64,000 bases of DNA from Antedon mediterranea (lineage: Eukaryota > Animalia > Echinodermata): positions 26,260,912-26,324,911 of the forward strand of contig NC_092675.1 in the NCBI RefSeq assembly GCF_964355755.1, in the 5' to 3' direction. Every line of letters begins with the position of its first letter. Positions within the stretch are counted from its first letter, which is position 1. The translations under genes were made by a program, and so were the position numbers. The notes beneath the pieces are model-generated. The model was not told where the DNA came from and searched no databases. It saw only the letters and a program-made list of their open reading frames with translations. Positions 12,001 through 25,100 of the stretch are shown here, in pieces.

Positions 12001-14552
12001 TGTTTCAGCTGTGAGAGCTGGCAAAGAGGGTGAAGGACCAATTGGAGGTATAATCACAGTAACAACACTTTGTGGGAGTAAGTATATTACTTTACTAATT
12101 ATTATGTTTTTTATTTCAGTTTTTCCGTATTTTTGTTGGTTTTATTTCACACCAAATACAAAACAATCCTTTTTTTTTATAACATAGTGAGGTAAAATTG
12201 TCTAACGTATTAAAATGTTATATATTTAATACGACACGACTCCTCTCTTGAATCGGATGTTGAAGGTTGGGCCAAGACAATTCTCAGCTCTCAGATTTTG
12301 GACGCTGCGCAGACAATGATAGAAGATGCATTTTACATCTTAGTGCGCATTACGTGTTTATTGACCAATCATGTGCATAATATGTATCAACTGTATACAA
12401 TCTTATTGACTAATTGTAATCTATGGCTAATACAAAGTAAAAATCTATTTTTTAACAGAGCCGTCTCCTGTTGAGAACGTAAAATTCGAAGTTTCAGTTA
12501 ATGTTGACACTTCAAGTATCACGGTTACATGGATAGTGAGTAGAACTCCGTTCCTATAATAACTATGCCTTTACCAGAATAACCCAAGCGAATAACTTTT
12601 ATTGGCCAAACAATTATCGGAAATAAAACATAATCAAAACAAATACAAATAAACAAATATTTAGAACGACACAAATAATATATACAAAACAATTGTCTTT
12701 ATATTTAATTATTTCTTTTATAAGATTATTAGTATTCAGCATTCCGATAGGCGGGAAATTGAGTTCTGCGAATGTTTGCATGCTTTACTAATTGTACCAG
12801 AATCACAATTTTATATATGGTTAATATCGTTCTATTTAACCATATCATGTATCTGTATTGAGTACTGTGTCAGTCAGTCAATGGAAGTGATTTAGGCCCT
12901 ACAGTAATATATTCAGTTCCAGTCCATGATATGTTACGACATTTTCTTTGTAGCGTATATTTTACCGCTATAAAATCTTTCCAAACACACTACAACCCTC
13001 CTTCATCTTTTGGTGCAAGTTATTATGTTATCCTCATTTTTGTTGTTGTCATAGGGAAACCCTGACGCAGAGACACTGAAATGCTCGATTACAACATTTG
13101 TCTACAGAGTGTATCTAAGAAAAATCATCAATAAGGGTTGTCAGGAGGAGGTTTACCAGACACAAACCAATGAACTAACAATCGAAAATGTTGAGTTGGA
13201 ATACCCTTACGCTATCTTAGTCACAGTGGCTAATAAAGACAGCGAAAGTGAATCTACTCTTGGTAAAGAAAAAACAGGTAATTTGTAAATACTTCTATCG
13301 AACTACAATGTTCATATTTTATATTCAATTTTTCAATAATAATAATAATAATAATTTGTTATTGTCGTTAGTATTGTTGTTTTGATAGTTCGGCTGGTAC
13401 TCGAACATTCACAAAAAAATTTATATCGAAAATTCGATTCTCGATATGATAAAACATGTAACACATAATATTAATTTGAGGCAATATTCAAATTAGTTTG
13501 ATTCTTTTAAGCATTGTGATTACTTGATGATACAGTATTATAGTAAGCGTGTATATGAATTTTAAATGTTAATTAGTAGAAACAGTAGAGAAGGAAGAAG
13601 GAAATGCAAACAGCATCGGAGCAATTGGGGGCGCTGTGGCAGCAGGGTTGTTCTTTGGCATTGTCATTACTATTACGGTTACAATTTTGTAAGTAGGCCT
13701 GGTGCATTCAATTTCATTGTTATTTAAAACCCTTTATCTCGTGTTTTACAAAACAAACCTTTAGTAATTATATTGTTCTGTAATGTATAATATTCTCCAA
13801 TTAAATTTCAATAAACAGTTATTGTCCTGAGCCAAACATCCAATGGACTTGTTGAGGAGTGAGCCTTTTTAGTTCAGTTTACAAACGAGTATAGGTCTTT
13901 TTAGTCTAAATGGTGAATATTTCTTTTTTGTTAAAGTAAACACAGACTTTGTAAGAAGGCTAGTACATCTGACGATAATGCATCAAATGATCCACAAGTT
14001 CATTATAATTACGCAAGTAATAGTTACAATACTTCATTACCAGGGTAAATATAATCTTTATTATACATTTCTAAAAATAGCTTATTATTTCTTTAATTGA
14101 CAATTTTCTAACCTTGTTTTTTAAAAACATTATTTACATTATAACGCCAGGGGAACATCAGTAGCCCTACTTACTGCCTTGTATTTTTGGAATTTTATTT
14201 CATTTTCAACAGAAAACAGATAAATTGGAATGCTATGCATGCGGTACTTAAATGTGGGAAAGCTGTTCAGTAGGCTACTTAGTTAAAAATGACAGCTAAA
14301 TAACATGTTTTTATTAATTGATATTGTTGCCATTCATGGTAAGACAGGCGATGACCTCCTGGACATTCTCGGTATATATTTTCATTAATAACGACTGATT
14401 TGTCTTACAACTTTCTTAATTTAAGGAAAAATCAAGATACAACATATGAATTAACTGGTGATGATTATGCAACAGTTACTGGTGGTCCATGTTACAGTAA
14501 CACACCACAGGTGCCCATTGGGAGAGAGGATGATCCAGTATCTACTTATTAG
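7129..14552 (+). CDS. Gene 1: Tie-like ectodomain receptor with short non-catalytic tyrosine-rich tail (about 683 aa, 12 coding exons)
   Basis: Exons: 7129-7177 (signal MIVTTLIVIEAIVSCLG), 7715-7990 (Ig1), 8257-8508 (Ig2), 9383-9517, 10416-10565 ([11 protein letters not shown]), 11198-11329, 11667-12077 (EGF4 fused to FN3-1), 12459-12535, 13055-13277 (FN3-2), 13577-13688 (TM IGAIGGAVAAGLFFGIVITITVTIF), 13937-14044, 14426-14552 (stop TAG). All introns are GT-AG, phases are compatible, total 2052 nt. AATAAA near 14956. Confidence 0.85.
8559..9225. repeat. Composite repeat: about 103-bp direct repeats, internal tRNA-like segment and inverted partial copy, embedded in (TA)n
   Basis: 8559-8661 is nearly identical to 8930-9032. 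tRNA-like A/B boxes at about 8703-8781 (GTGGTCTAATGG ... GAGTTCGAGCC). About 8735-8898 is inverted at about 9061-9225. Another - strand copy lies at about 31933-32120. Confidence 0.8.
9792..9905. mobile_element. Small PIF/Harbinger-like MITE
   Basis: Imperfect TIRs GGCCGATTTACACA / TGTGTAAATGGTCA flanked by TAA on both sides. Confidence 0.45.
10836..10945 (-). mobile_element. Short Helentron-associated (DINE-1/HINE-like) element
   Basis: Reverse-complement match to the ends of the 21217-21955 element: AGTCGCGT/ACGCGACT inverted repeat, (CCGA)n tract, GGCC..ATGGC hairpin. Confidence 0.65.
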
Positions 14553-14620
14553 TTTACGACGACAGAGTATATTGTGTTAACAATTATCTAAATCATAAAT
14601 AGTGTTAAATTTTGTATACG

Positions 14621-14651
<31 letters not shown>

Positions 14652-15405
14652 TAATTGAAATTATAAACACAGGTGAACCTTATATTTTGACCACTAATTT
14701 AATAGTATTAGCTAATTTGTGACAACAAAAAAACAGAATTCGAAAGTATATCTTCCAATAATAGAAGTGTACCTTTATAACTAATTTATCTAAACATTCT
14801 ATTGTCTTAAAAAATGTTGCATATACCATTCATTTAAATAATATGTTATTATATTTCTTGTATATATTATATAAACTCACTGTATTGTAAGGTAAAATGT
14901 CTACCGAAACGTGTTTGTTACTTTATATCGTTTTGTTTCTAGATACTGTACTCAAATAAATATTTTAAAATGGTTAGCATCAAAATCTTTTTCTTCAATG
15001 CACTGTAATTATTCATTTATAATTTTTGGGGAACATTTTGTGTTATTTTTCAAAATATTTAAAGGGATGTCCGTTTGATTTTACAACAACAATTTTTCGA
15101 ATAGTTTTTTAATGCATTGATAGAGCCTCAACTTTCTAAACTCAACAATTCTTGTTAAACATATCTTTAATACCATGCTCAATTTACATTATCTGACGGT
15201 ATGTCAGAAAAATATTACCATTTTGAAACATTAGTTTAGATTTACTTTATGATTGAACTCAAGCCATAATAACGCCTTTGTTAGTTTTAACCTTGTATTC
15301 TGTACTTTTGTGGTTTTGTGTTTAGTGTTCTTTTATTTATTTTATTGTTTTTTTTACAACAGTGTTTCATGATAGTGGATGATCAATGCATATACTGTAA
15401 TAGTG

Positions 15406-18400
15406 ATGCTTTTACTTCCTTATTCCATTTTATTAGACGACATCCATGTTTGATTTTGGTTTTGAAGCTAAAATACGTAAGTATTCTTAATTATGATTAC
15501 GTATTTATGCAGGAATGATCTACCACTGGTTTGTCAAACCAGGGAGTTTATTAACAAGGAGAATAATCGATAAAATTCAGTAATGATTATATTATAATAA
15601 ATGATTACATTCCTGCTGTAAGGGCACTGTTGTTATAATTATAAACGACGCATCAGTTTTTATTAGAACATGAATACTAGGGATCATTGACCAGGAATAT
15701 TGTGTGAAATTGGTCATTCGCCATTTGTGAAATATGAATTCAATATTTATCAAGGTTTGAAATTAAATTACAATACACATAATGATAAATATAGGCCACT
15801 GAACAGTTTAATATTAGTATATGTGTTTCTTCCTTTTTCCATTTAATATGGATTTTTATTATTACCAATGAATAAGCTGGAGATAATGAGAAATACGATT
15901 TTAAATCAAAGATACATATTTTCAAAATAGATTTTACAATAATTATTATGATTATCATATTATATTATATTTATCTTATGAAACGAAGGTCTAGATCAGT
16001 CCTGCAGCTCAAACAAACACCCCTCCCCCTACACCCCCCACACACACACACACCCACCCCCACACCGGATATGATTTTGTGTAATAGGCCTGTCACAAGC
16101 GTTCTATCTTTATTTCTCCGACATTATCTTAGTGGTGAATTTATGTAGTGTTCCAAGTTAAGTAGGCATCGGGGAAAAAAAGGGGTGAATTATAGCCTGT
16201 GTAACTAATGGGGTTTGGTCCCACCATGTCATAACTGTATACATGCAAATGTTAATAGATATAAATTGTTTAAAATGTATATAAATCATAAGATGTGTTT
16301 AATAACTGTAGAATATGGCAAAAAAAACACGTTAATTACAGTTTAACTAAATTCTTGGTGATCTATAAACATATAAATTGAAAATAAAACAAAACTAGAT
16401 AATTTGATGAATAATTTTCAATAAAGAAAAGATTACAATATGTTATGAAATAGTATAAGGTGTGTGCATGGTATAGATGTATACTATATTGATACATAAA
16501 TATTTCTACATTCTTGTACTGCAAATAGTAAGCTTTGTGGCATGTAGCAAATTTAATTAGGCCTATGTCATTATGCTGAATTAGACTATAGATAATGTAT
16601 AATTGTAAAACTCATAAGAGTGAAACAATACTAATGATCGTGAAGTAAATGTGTGAAACCCACAAAAGACAAAAAAAAAACAAATCTTAGTGTTGAATTT
16701 GATGCCAGTAGCGATTTAAATGGAGGGTGTATCTTTGGGTATGCTAATTTAATTAGGCTACATTTGTATGAGCCTACTGATGTGGGATTAAACTACTGTG
16801 GTTCCATAAAATTATGCGGATCACTTAATTTATAATTATATATTCTGGAATATTTTTTATTTATTTGTTTTATGGTTTTACATTGTAGAATTTGTTTTTA
16901 AATTGTTGTTTTCTATATCATAAATGTAAGTCATAGGAGAAAAGTGATATTCATCAGAATAAAGACAATTTACAATTCATTTACAATATCATCTTTCGTC
17001 ACAAAGTGAGAATTATATACGTTTTTTTTTATGACAGAAAAGTATGATTGTTACAGTTCTAATCTTGCTTAAAGTTACCTTATCCTGCCTTGGTAAGTTA
17101 TATTTTAAAATACTTCCCGAAAAAAGGCCAACTGACAAATAATATTTCAGTCTGATGGTATCATTGTAAACTAACCAACCATAATTGATTAATTGTATGC
17201 CTATTCAATTTTTTTTAAATTGCAAATATTGTCATTTCATTGAATAGTAAATAGCATACGTTTTTTTCACAGTATTATAGTATAATGCTTTTACTTCCTT
17301 ATTCCATTTTATTAGACGACATCCATGTTTGATTTTGGTTTTGAAGCTAAAATACGTAAGTATTCTTAATTATGATAACGTATTTATGCAGGAATGATCT
17401 ACCACTGGTTTGTCAAACCAGGGGGTTTATTAACAAGGAGAATAATCGAAAATATTCAGCAATGGTTATATTATAATAAATGAATACATTTCTGCTGTAA
17501 GGGCACCGTTGTTACAATTATAAACGACGCATCAGTTTTTACTAGAACATGAAGATTATAGGGATCATTGACCAGAAATACTGTGTGAAATTGGTCATTT
17601 CATTCATATTTATCAAGGTTTGAAAATAAATCACAATACACATAATGATAAATATAGGCCACCTGAACAGTTTAATATTAGTATATGTGTTTCTTCCTTT
17701 TTCCATTTAATATGGATTTTTATTATTACCAATGAATAAGCTGGAGATAATGAGAAATACGATTTTAAATCAAAGATACATATTTTCAAAATAGATTTTA
17801 CAATAATTATTATGATTATCATATTATATTATATTTATCTTATGAAACGAAGGTCTAGATCAGTCCTGCAGCTCAAACAAACACCCCTCCCCCTACATCC
17901 CCCACACACACACACACCCACCCCCACACCGGATATGATTTTGTGTAATAGGCCTGTCACAAGCGTTCTATCTTTATTTCTCCGACATTATCTTAGTGGT
18001 GAATTTATGTAGTGTTCCAAGTTAAGTAGGCATCGGGGAAAAAAAGGGGTGAATTATAGCCTGTGTAACTAATGGGGTTTGGTCCCACCATGTCATAACT
18101 GTATACATGCAAATGTTAATAGATATAAATTGTTTAAAATGTATATAAATCATAAGATGTGTTTAATAACTGTAGAATATGGCAAAAAAAACACGTTAAT
18201 TACAGTTTAACTAAATTCTTGGTGATCTATAAACATATAAATTGAAAATAAAACAAAACTAGATAATTTGATGAATAATTTTCAATAAAGAAAATATTAC
18301 AATATGTTATGAAATAGTATAAGATGTGCATGGTATAGATGTATGCTATATCGATACATAAATATTTCTACATTCTTGTACTGCAAATAGTTTGGAGGCT

Positions 18401-19115
18401 TTGTGGCATGTAGCAAATTTAATTAGGCCTATGTCATTATGCTGAATTAGACTATAGATAATGTATAATTGTAAAACTCATAAGAGTGAAACAATACTAA
18501 TGATCGTGAAGTAAATGTGTGAAACCCACAAAAAAGACAAAAAAAAAACAAATCTTAGTGTTGAATATGATGCCAGTAGCGATTTAAATGGAGGGTGTAT
18601 CTTTGGGTATGCTAATTTATTTAGGCTACATTTGTATGAGCCTACTGATGTTGGATTAAACTACTGTGGTTCCATAAAATTATGCGGATCACTTAATTTA
18701 TAATTATATATTCTGGAATATTTTTTATTTATTTGTTTTATGTTTTTACATTGTAGAATTTGTTTTTAAATTGTTGTTTTCTATATCATAAATGTATAAG
18801 TCATAGGAGAAAAGTGATAGTCACCAGAATAAAGACAAATTACAATTCAATTACAATATCATCTTTCGTCACAAAGTGAGAATTATATACGTTTTTTTTT
18901 TACAGAAAAGTATGATTGTTACAGTTATAATCTTCCTTCAAGTTATCTTAATCTGCCTTGGTAAGTTATATTTTTCCGTAAAAAAGGAGCAACAATAATA
19001 GTTCAGTCTACTACTGACGGTAATCACTGCATGTTATATAGGCCTATCTAAACCAATCAACCAACCATAATTGTATGCCTATTCAATTTTTGTTAAATTG
19101 CAAATATTTTTTCAC
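15406..19115 (+). repeat. Tandem duplication (period about 1.87 kb) covering the 5' end of gene 2
   Basis: About 15406-17272 is repeated at about 17285-19115. The ORF-track peptides at 15948 and 17812 are identical. Each copy has a putative non-coding first-exon donor (GTAAGT at 15477 and 17356) and a signal-peptide exon. Confidence 0.9.
17044..17092 (+). CDS. Alternative/duplicated signal-peptide exon of gene 2
   Basis: cag|AAAAGT ATG..., MIVTVLILLKVTLSCLG, phase-1 donor GTAAGT. Paralogous to 18912-18960. Confidence 0.7.
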
Positions 19116-22100
19116 AGTCTTAGGCCTATAGTAGAATTTAGAGCTCTAACGATAACGATAGCGATAAAATACTGTTATTGCTTTTTGGGTTGAATTATAC
19201 AAAAAAATATAATTATGCTTAAATGAAAAAATATCAAACGTATCAACAACAAAAATCTAATTTTCTACGGAAGCCCTTTCGGACCATTAGTATGCCGCAC
19301 TATTCACTATTGGCCTGAGTTTCCGTACTATTTTCTTTCTAGTGAGACAACAAACATATCTAAATATAATACAAATAAAATAATTACGCCGCAATGATGT
19401 ACGGTAGGGCCTAAGTTTACAACCTGTGTGTGTGTGATTTATTCATACAAATTAATTTTTAATAGTTTACAATTTATGAAATCTAAGTAGTAAAATAGAT
19501 GTATCACTTCTCATCCATGTCTTGTAACGGTCATGATGTATTTGTCAGCGCTTGTATCCATTATGATTTATTCAACCGAATGATTGAACGTCAGTAACGT
19601 ACACAAAGGACTGACACTGCTACACTCAATATGATTAAAATAGAATCCTAAATAAAAGTGCGTCAATTTACAATCAAGAGAACTGTCCATATTACGCACG
19701 TTGGCATTTTGTCTAATTATTTTCTAACATTTCGATTCCGGCAAAGGCTACGAAATCTTCACCAAGTATAACCTCTACAGTACTGTATAAATGTGAGTAC
19801 AAAACACCATGACAATGACAAATCCGCGTTAACTGCAGTAGAAATTATTTAATTTCTCATCAAATAAATAATACCAATATGTAATGTATTTATTTTATAA
19901 TTGTTTAAGAAGTATGTGATACATTTTCTTTCAGGAAATGATAGATATATTACAGTTTTGAATATATATCCAAAATACGACAATGATTTCCAATACCAAT
20001 GTTATCCTCCTACTGGCTATACTGGTTATAGTCTGAGTTACGGAAGATCATTTGCAGTAGCGAATGGTGAAAGTTTGAATGAAACACCGTGGATCTTGGG
20101 CAGTGGGCGCAAGTATGTAGCACCTAATGTTGGTATGGGAGTGTATTACTGCATGATAGTAAACAATGGTATCACTACAGTCGTTCAAACTACAAAAATA
20201 AGAAATGATGGTAAGGTATATAGTACTGATAAAACCTAATTTAGTACAATATACTATTGTTTGTAAATTAGCGGCAAAATATAAACAATAATTATAATGA
20301 TTCAAGATATTTAAATATTTAAGCCATTTTAATTTTGTATTTTTCTTTAGGCGGTTACTGGTGTAATTGTTACCGTTTGGTTGAGCGTCCGTATGTCTCT
20401 AGGCCTGCGTATTTTTCATTTGAGATACAATCACTCATGTTATATCCTAAAAACGTCTTGTCTTGTATTGCTGTGTTGTAACAAAATGCAAATATTGTGT
20501 CGTTATAGTTTCAAATGTAAAATGTATTATATTGTACATGTATTGTGTGAACGTTAACAATAGATCTACAGGTATTAGTTGTGGGATTACTGACTTACCG
20601 GCTACTGGACCTATATTACTTACTAAACACTCAAACACTCTAAATAATAATATTTATTTCGTTCTTCAATTAAATAACAAAACAAAAATGACATAAATAA
20701 ACCTTTAAAGTAGTCTTAAATAAAAAAATGGTAGGTATAAAAAGTGCAGAATAATTAGATAATTGTTGTTTAAAGTTAGATGTTAACAATAAAGACTTCA
20801 TTTTAACATGAGAAACAATCTAATTGATTTGTGTGATTATTATTTCTTTTTTTCAAAACAGCCTTAATAACACCTGAAAATTCTAAAAACACAATCACTG
20901 TAAATGTTGGTGATGACGTCACCATTCGATTTGATACGGAATTGACCAGTGATTTAGTATGGAGGAAAGATGGCTCTACTACATTAAAGATTGGAACGGA
21001 AAAAAACATGACTTTTAACCCAGTAGAGACCAGTGATGCTGGGGTTTACGAGATGTATGAGGATGGCAACCGGGAAGATCGTAGGCATGCGTTTATCAAG
21101 TTGATTGTAAGAGGTAATAGGTAGTATTAATGATTATAATGATTTTCAATGTGTGTTCTTTATTGATAGACGGCACACATTGCAATGATAATGATGATGG
21201 TGATGATGACGATTCATTTTTAGTCGCGTGGACGCGACTCTATAGTTCACTATGTCGGTCGGTCGGTCTGTCGGTCTGTCGGTTTGTCGGTCTGTCTGTC
21301 GGTCCGGTATCACTAAGCGTTTTATCGCTTTCTGACCTTATCTTGATATCAGTTTAATCTAGCTAAGTCAATTTTTCACAGTATATTCCTTATGGCCAGG
21401 AATCGATGTGGTTATGTTTTCACGGTGCACAATAAAAAATTACGCGGTCTACGCACGATTTAACGAAATCACGTTTGTAATCATATCTTCACAACCATGA
21501 ATCACAATTAAATAAAATTGGTACTCATAAATTTCAGGGCATAAATCATCATAATGGCAATACAATTACGTGCGTAGCGCATGTAACGCATGCGTACGCG
21601 CGCTTAACATTTTCAAAATTTATTTTCGATGAAATAAGAGTACGTTTCAGGCAATTTTAAGCGTTTACAAAATTGCCATGAGTGCGCAGATTTTTGCGTG
21701 CGCATTGCGCATTAAATGTTATTGCGCACTCTTTTTGCCCGATTTCTGTTTTCTTGACTTACTTTTCAACTCGAAATTACGTTATACGAGCACGTCAAAA
21801 GTGACAGGCTACGCACGTGTAAATTAAAATATAACTGTTTTTAAACATTTCAACATATTTAAACATGTTCAGTAATTTCGGTCAGTTGTAGGTTGGTCGG
21901 TTGGTCGGTAAACACTAATGAGCACGCGACTGCAGCCATCTATATGGCCTTGTTTATTTATATTGTATATTCTGAAATAAAAGAAAATAATTTATTTCAA
22001 ATTTGTTCTTTTTTTAATATCCATTTGAGTTAGAGAGAGTTAGAGATTTAATTGGAGGGAGACCTGTTACTTGAAAATGAATGAAAGCTCAACATGCTGT

Positions 22101-25100
22101 TTTACTTTATCGGTGTGATTTAGCTTTTGCTTTATACATTTTATTTGTATCTCCATTGAGATCCAGCCACAGCATTTTCAGTGGTTTTTTCTGCAAAGCA
22201 TTTTCAGTTAATATTTTTTCAGTAATTCGCCTTTTCATTTAATCATTAGAGACTTATGTACTATATTTGAACCTAAAACTTAAATTTTGCAAATACATAC
22301 CAAAAACGGTTAAAATAAGCTACTTAGAACGATTTTATTTATTAAATAGGAAGCTTTATATTTTGACTTAATTGATTTACAGTGAGGTTTCGTGTCTGAA
22401 TAAAAAAACGGTTCCGTTTGCCTTATCATATAAAGTATAAAGTAAATATAATAAAACAGTATTATAGTATTTACTTTTCATAGCTTGCCCACGTCACAAA
22501 TGGGGTCCACTTAACTGCACTGGTGATTGTGAATACTGCTATAATGGAGGCGTATGTGATGACAAAACAGGATTTTGTATCTGTGCACCTGGATTTGAGG
22601 GATCCATGTGTGAAACTGGTAAGGAATACTACTTTACACAAATAATTATTACATTCAAGTTTCAATTCATTTCTTCTAAAAATAATAAATGGAATGATAA
22701 ATATTCTAAAAATATTAATTCATTTTCAGTGGACATACCAAGATATTTGTAATTGTTAACAATTTCAATTACTGTACAATTTACAAGTTGTAAAAACATT
22801 ATCCACAACTTTTATAATAACAATCATATTTTTGTTTCAATCCAGCAAAAATAAAACATGTATCTAGCAAACAAAGAAAGCTTCAAATAATACAAAGATG
22901 TTTGTAAAGATATTTAATGTTGACCGAGGGAATCTCAATAGTGTTGTATATTTATTATATAGCCTATGCAAATACGTGAACGTGATTGGTTGAAACTGCA
23001 TCACATGACGCTAAATGAACAAAAGTCATCTACTGAGACTCATCACGATACAACGTTTTACACGCCACGTAACTTGCTTGAAGAATTAATCAACTAAACT
23101 ATTTAAATTATGCATATATAGCGCCCTTATTTGTTATTCACCCATTATAAATGTGACGAAAGACCGTTTGCGATTGGTCAACACTCACGCTAGTAGCCTG
23201 GTACGCGCGGCGCCCTTAACATCCGGTGATTCGGCTCGAAGAAGACAAATTATTATTTATTCGGCCTAGGTCTATCCCAAAGATCGTGGCGCTATAGTAT
23301 CATTGACATAGGCCTAGTATAGGGCCTACGTGATAATCTATATATAAATTATGGTTAATTCTGACATAGGCGAGCACAATACAAAAACTTCGGTATAAAT
23401 CTCCGCCTTGGATACCTACCTTATCTATCTCAGATGTACCGCGAAACGTAGATTTGATAATATTAGTTTTCAGTACTACGCTATTGTTCCATATTTCTAT
23501 CTTAGGAAGATATTATAAAGAGTTTTTTTAACAAAAATGTATGATTTCAACAGTAGATGTTCAACTCAATTTCAATTCTTCGCGGTCCATGTAATTTCCG
23601 GGTTCACGATTAGTTTACCTTGCAACAACCTGGTTTCAACTATTTTCTCTCTTTTATACACAAGGGAGCAGTAAAAATAATAGATTTGACCCTAAAGGTG
23701 ACTGGAAACAGGCACTTTCCATCCATCAATACAGTGTCCCTTTGGAAAACTGAAGAAAAAAACCGATAGTAGGACTGGAGCTTAAGTCATAGTGGCTAGT
23801 CATTCCGGTTTTTTTGTTTATTTTAGGAACGGACCGCGCGTGTGAAGGTACAGTAGTTACAAAATAAAAATTGTACTGCAAATTAATAAAGATCAAATTA
23901 AATATATGCCATAAAGAATCTGAATATATTGTGGGGAATAGTATTATAAAATTACATACGGAGATTTGATGATAAGATATTTTGTTTAAAATCGAGTGAA
24001 ATCCCGATATCCGAGTTTTATTGAGTAAGCTGGCAGGAATAACTGTAGGCTATCTCTGTCCCGTTAGGACCGAGATGTCTGCCCATGTTGCAAGCCGTAA
24101 TGCCTTCTTGGGCCGACGGCCCACTCTGTCACGGAAGTTAGTTTCAAAAGATGTTTAAATTAAATAATGTATTAATTATTAGGATGGTATTTATTTGAAT
24201 AAACGCCTCTCCAATAAAACATCACTTTGAATAATAATCCCCCTCCCAACCCAACTATCTAATAAACGTCCATCCACATTTATAACAACACAATTATACT
24301 ATTTGTAGTAGAATTCATCGCACTGCTATCTACAATTTACCAAGCATTTGTTATTCTTTTTTACCACTTTTCCAGCCGCGTAACAAGGGGGTCTTGTCAG
24401 GGGGGCAAAGAGGGGAAAATCCTTCCAGACACCAAGTACTTGAGCCACAGCCCCCCCATGGTGGGGGCTGTGGCGAAGCGAATTTTGGTAAATGACACCC
24501 CTAGATCGTCGGAAATGGTACTCTCGCACACAAAATTCATGACAAATGGCGCCTAACTAGTAGTAGTTGGCCTGGAAATAACACTCCCATTTATTGCACA
24601 GCAATCAGCAAAATGATCGTACATTTTCCACCGTTAAAAACACAGGTGACATAACATTTGAACATGTGAAAACCCAATCTAACATTGGATCCGCACCTGG
24701 CAAAGGTAGTAATTTTTCCGGTTAGAAGACTGAAACAGGGCCGTAACCAGGTTTGACGGCGGGGTGGATCGTTAAATTGTTTAGTGGAACCATAACCTCG
24801 AATTTTTTTTTCTCTATAGGCCTATGTATGGCCGCAAATCGCATTTCCGGCTAAACTCTTTTGTTTATGAACTATATAATTTGGTGAAATTTCCAGCCCA
24901 CGAATTTCAATTGCCGACCTTATTGCCGACCTTAAATTGTCAGAGGACGGCATTCTCTTGCCGACCGAAACTAGGCTAGATCCCTCCTCCCTTTAAGCCT
25001 CCTAGTAACAACATGGTACATTAAGGGATCGTATCATTGAGACTTTAACAGGCATATTCACCATCATGTGGTGTTTAGGTAGCAAACCATGGAATTAAGG

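Noticed and set aside
13937-14552. Canonical ITAM/ITIM in the gene 1 tail
   Set aside because: Spacing and residues do not fit YxxL/I-x6-8-YxxL/I or (I/V/L/S)xYxx(L/V).
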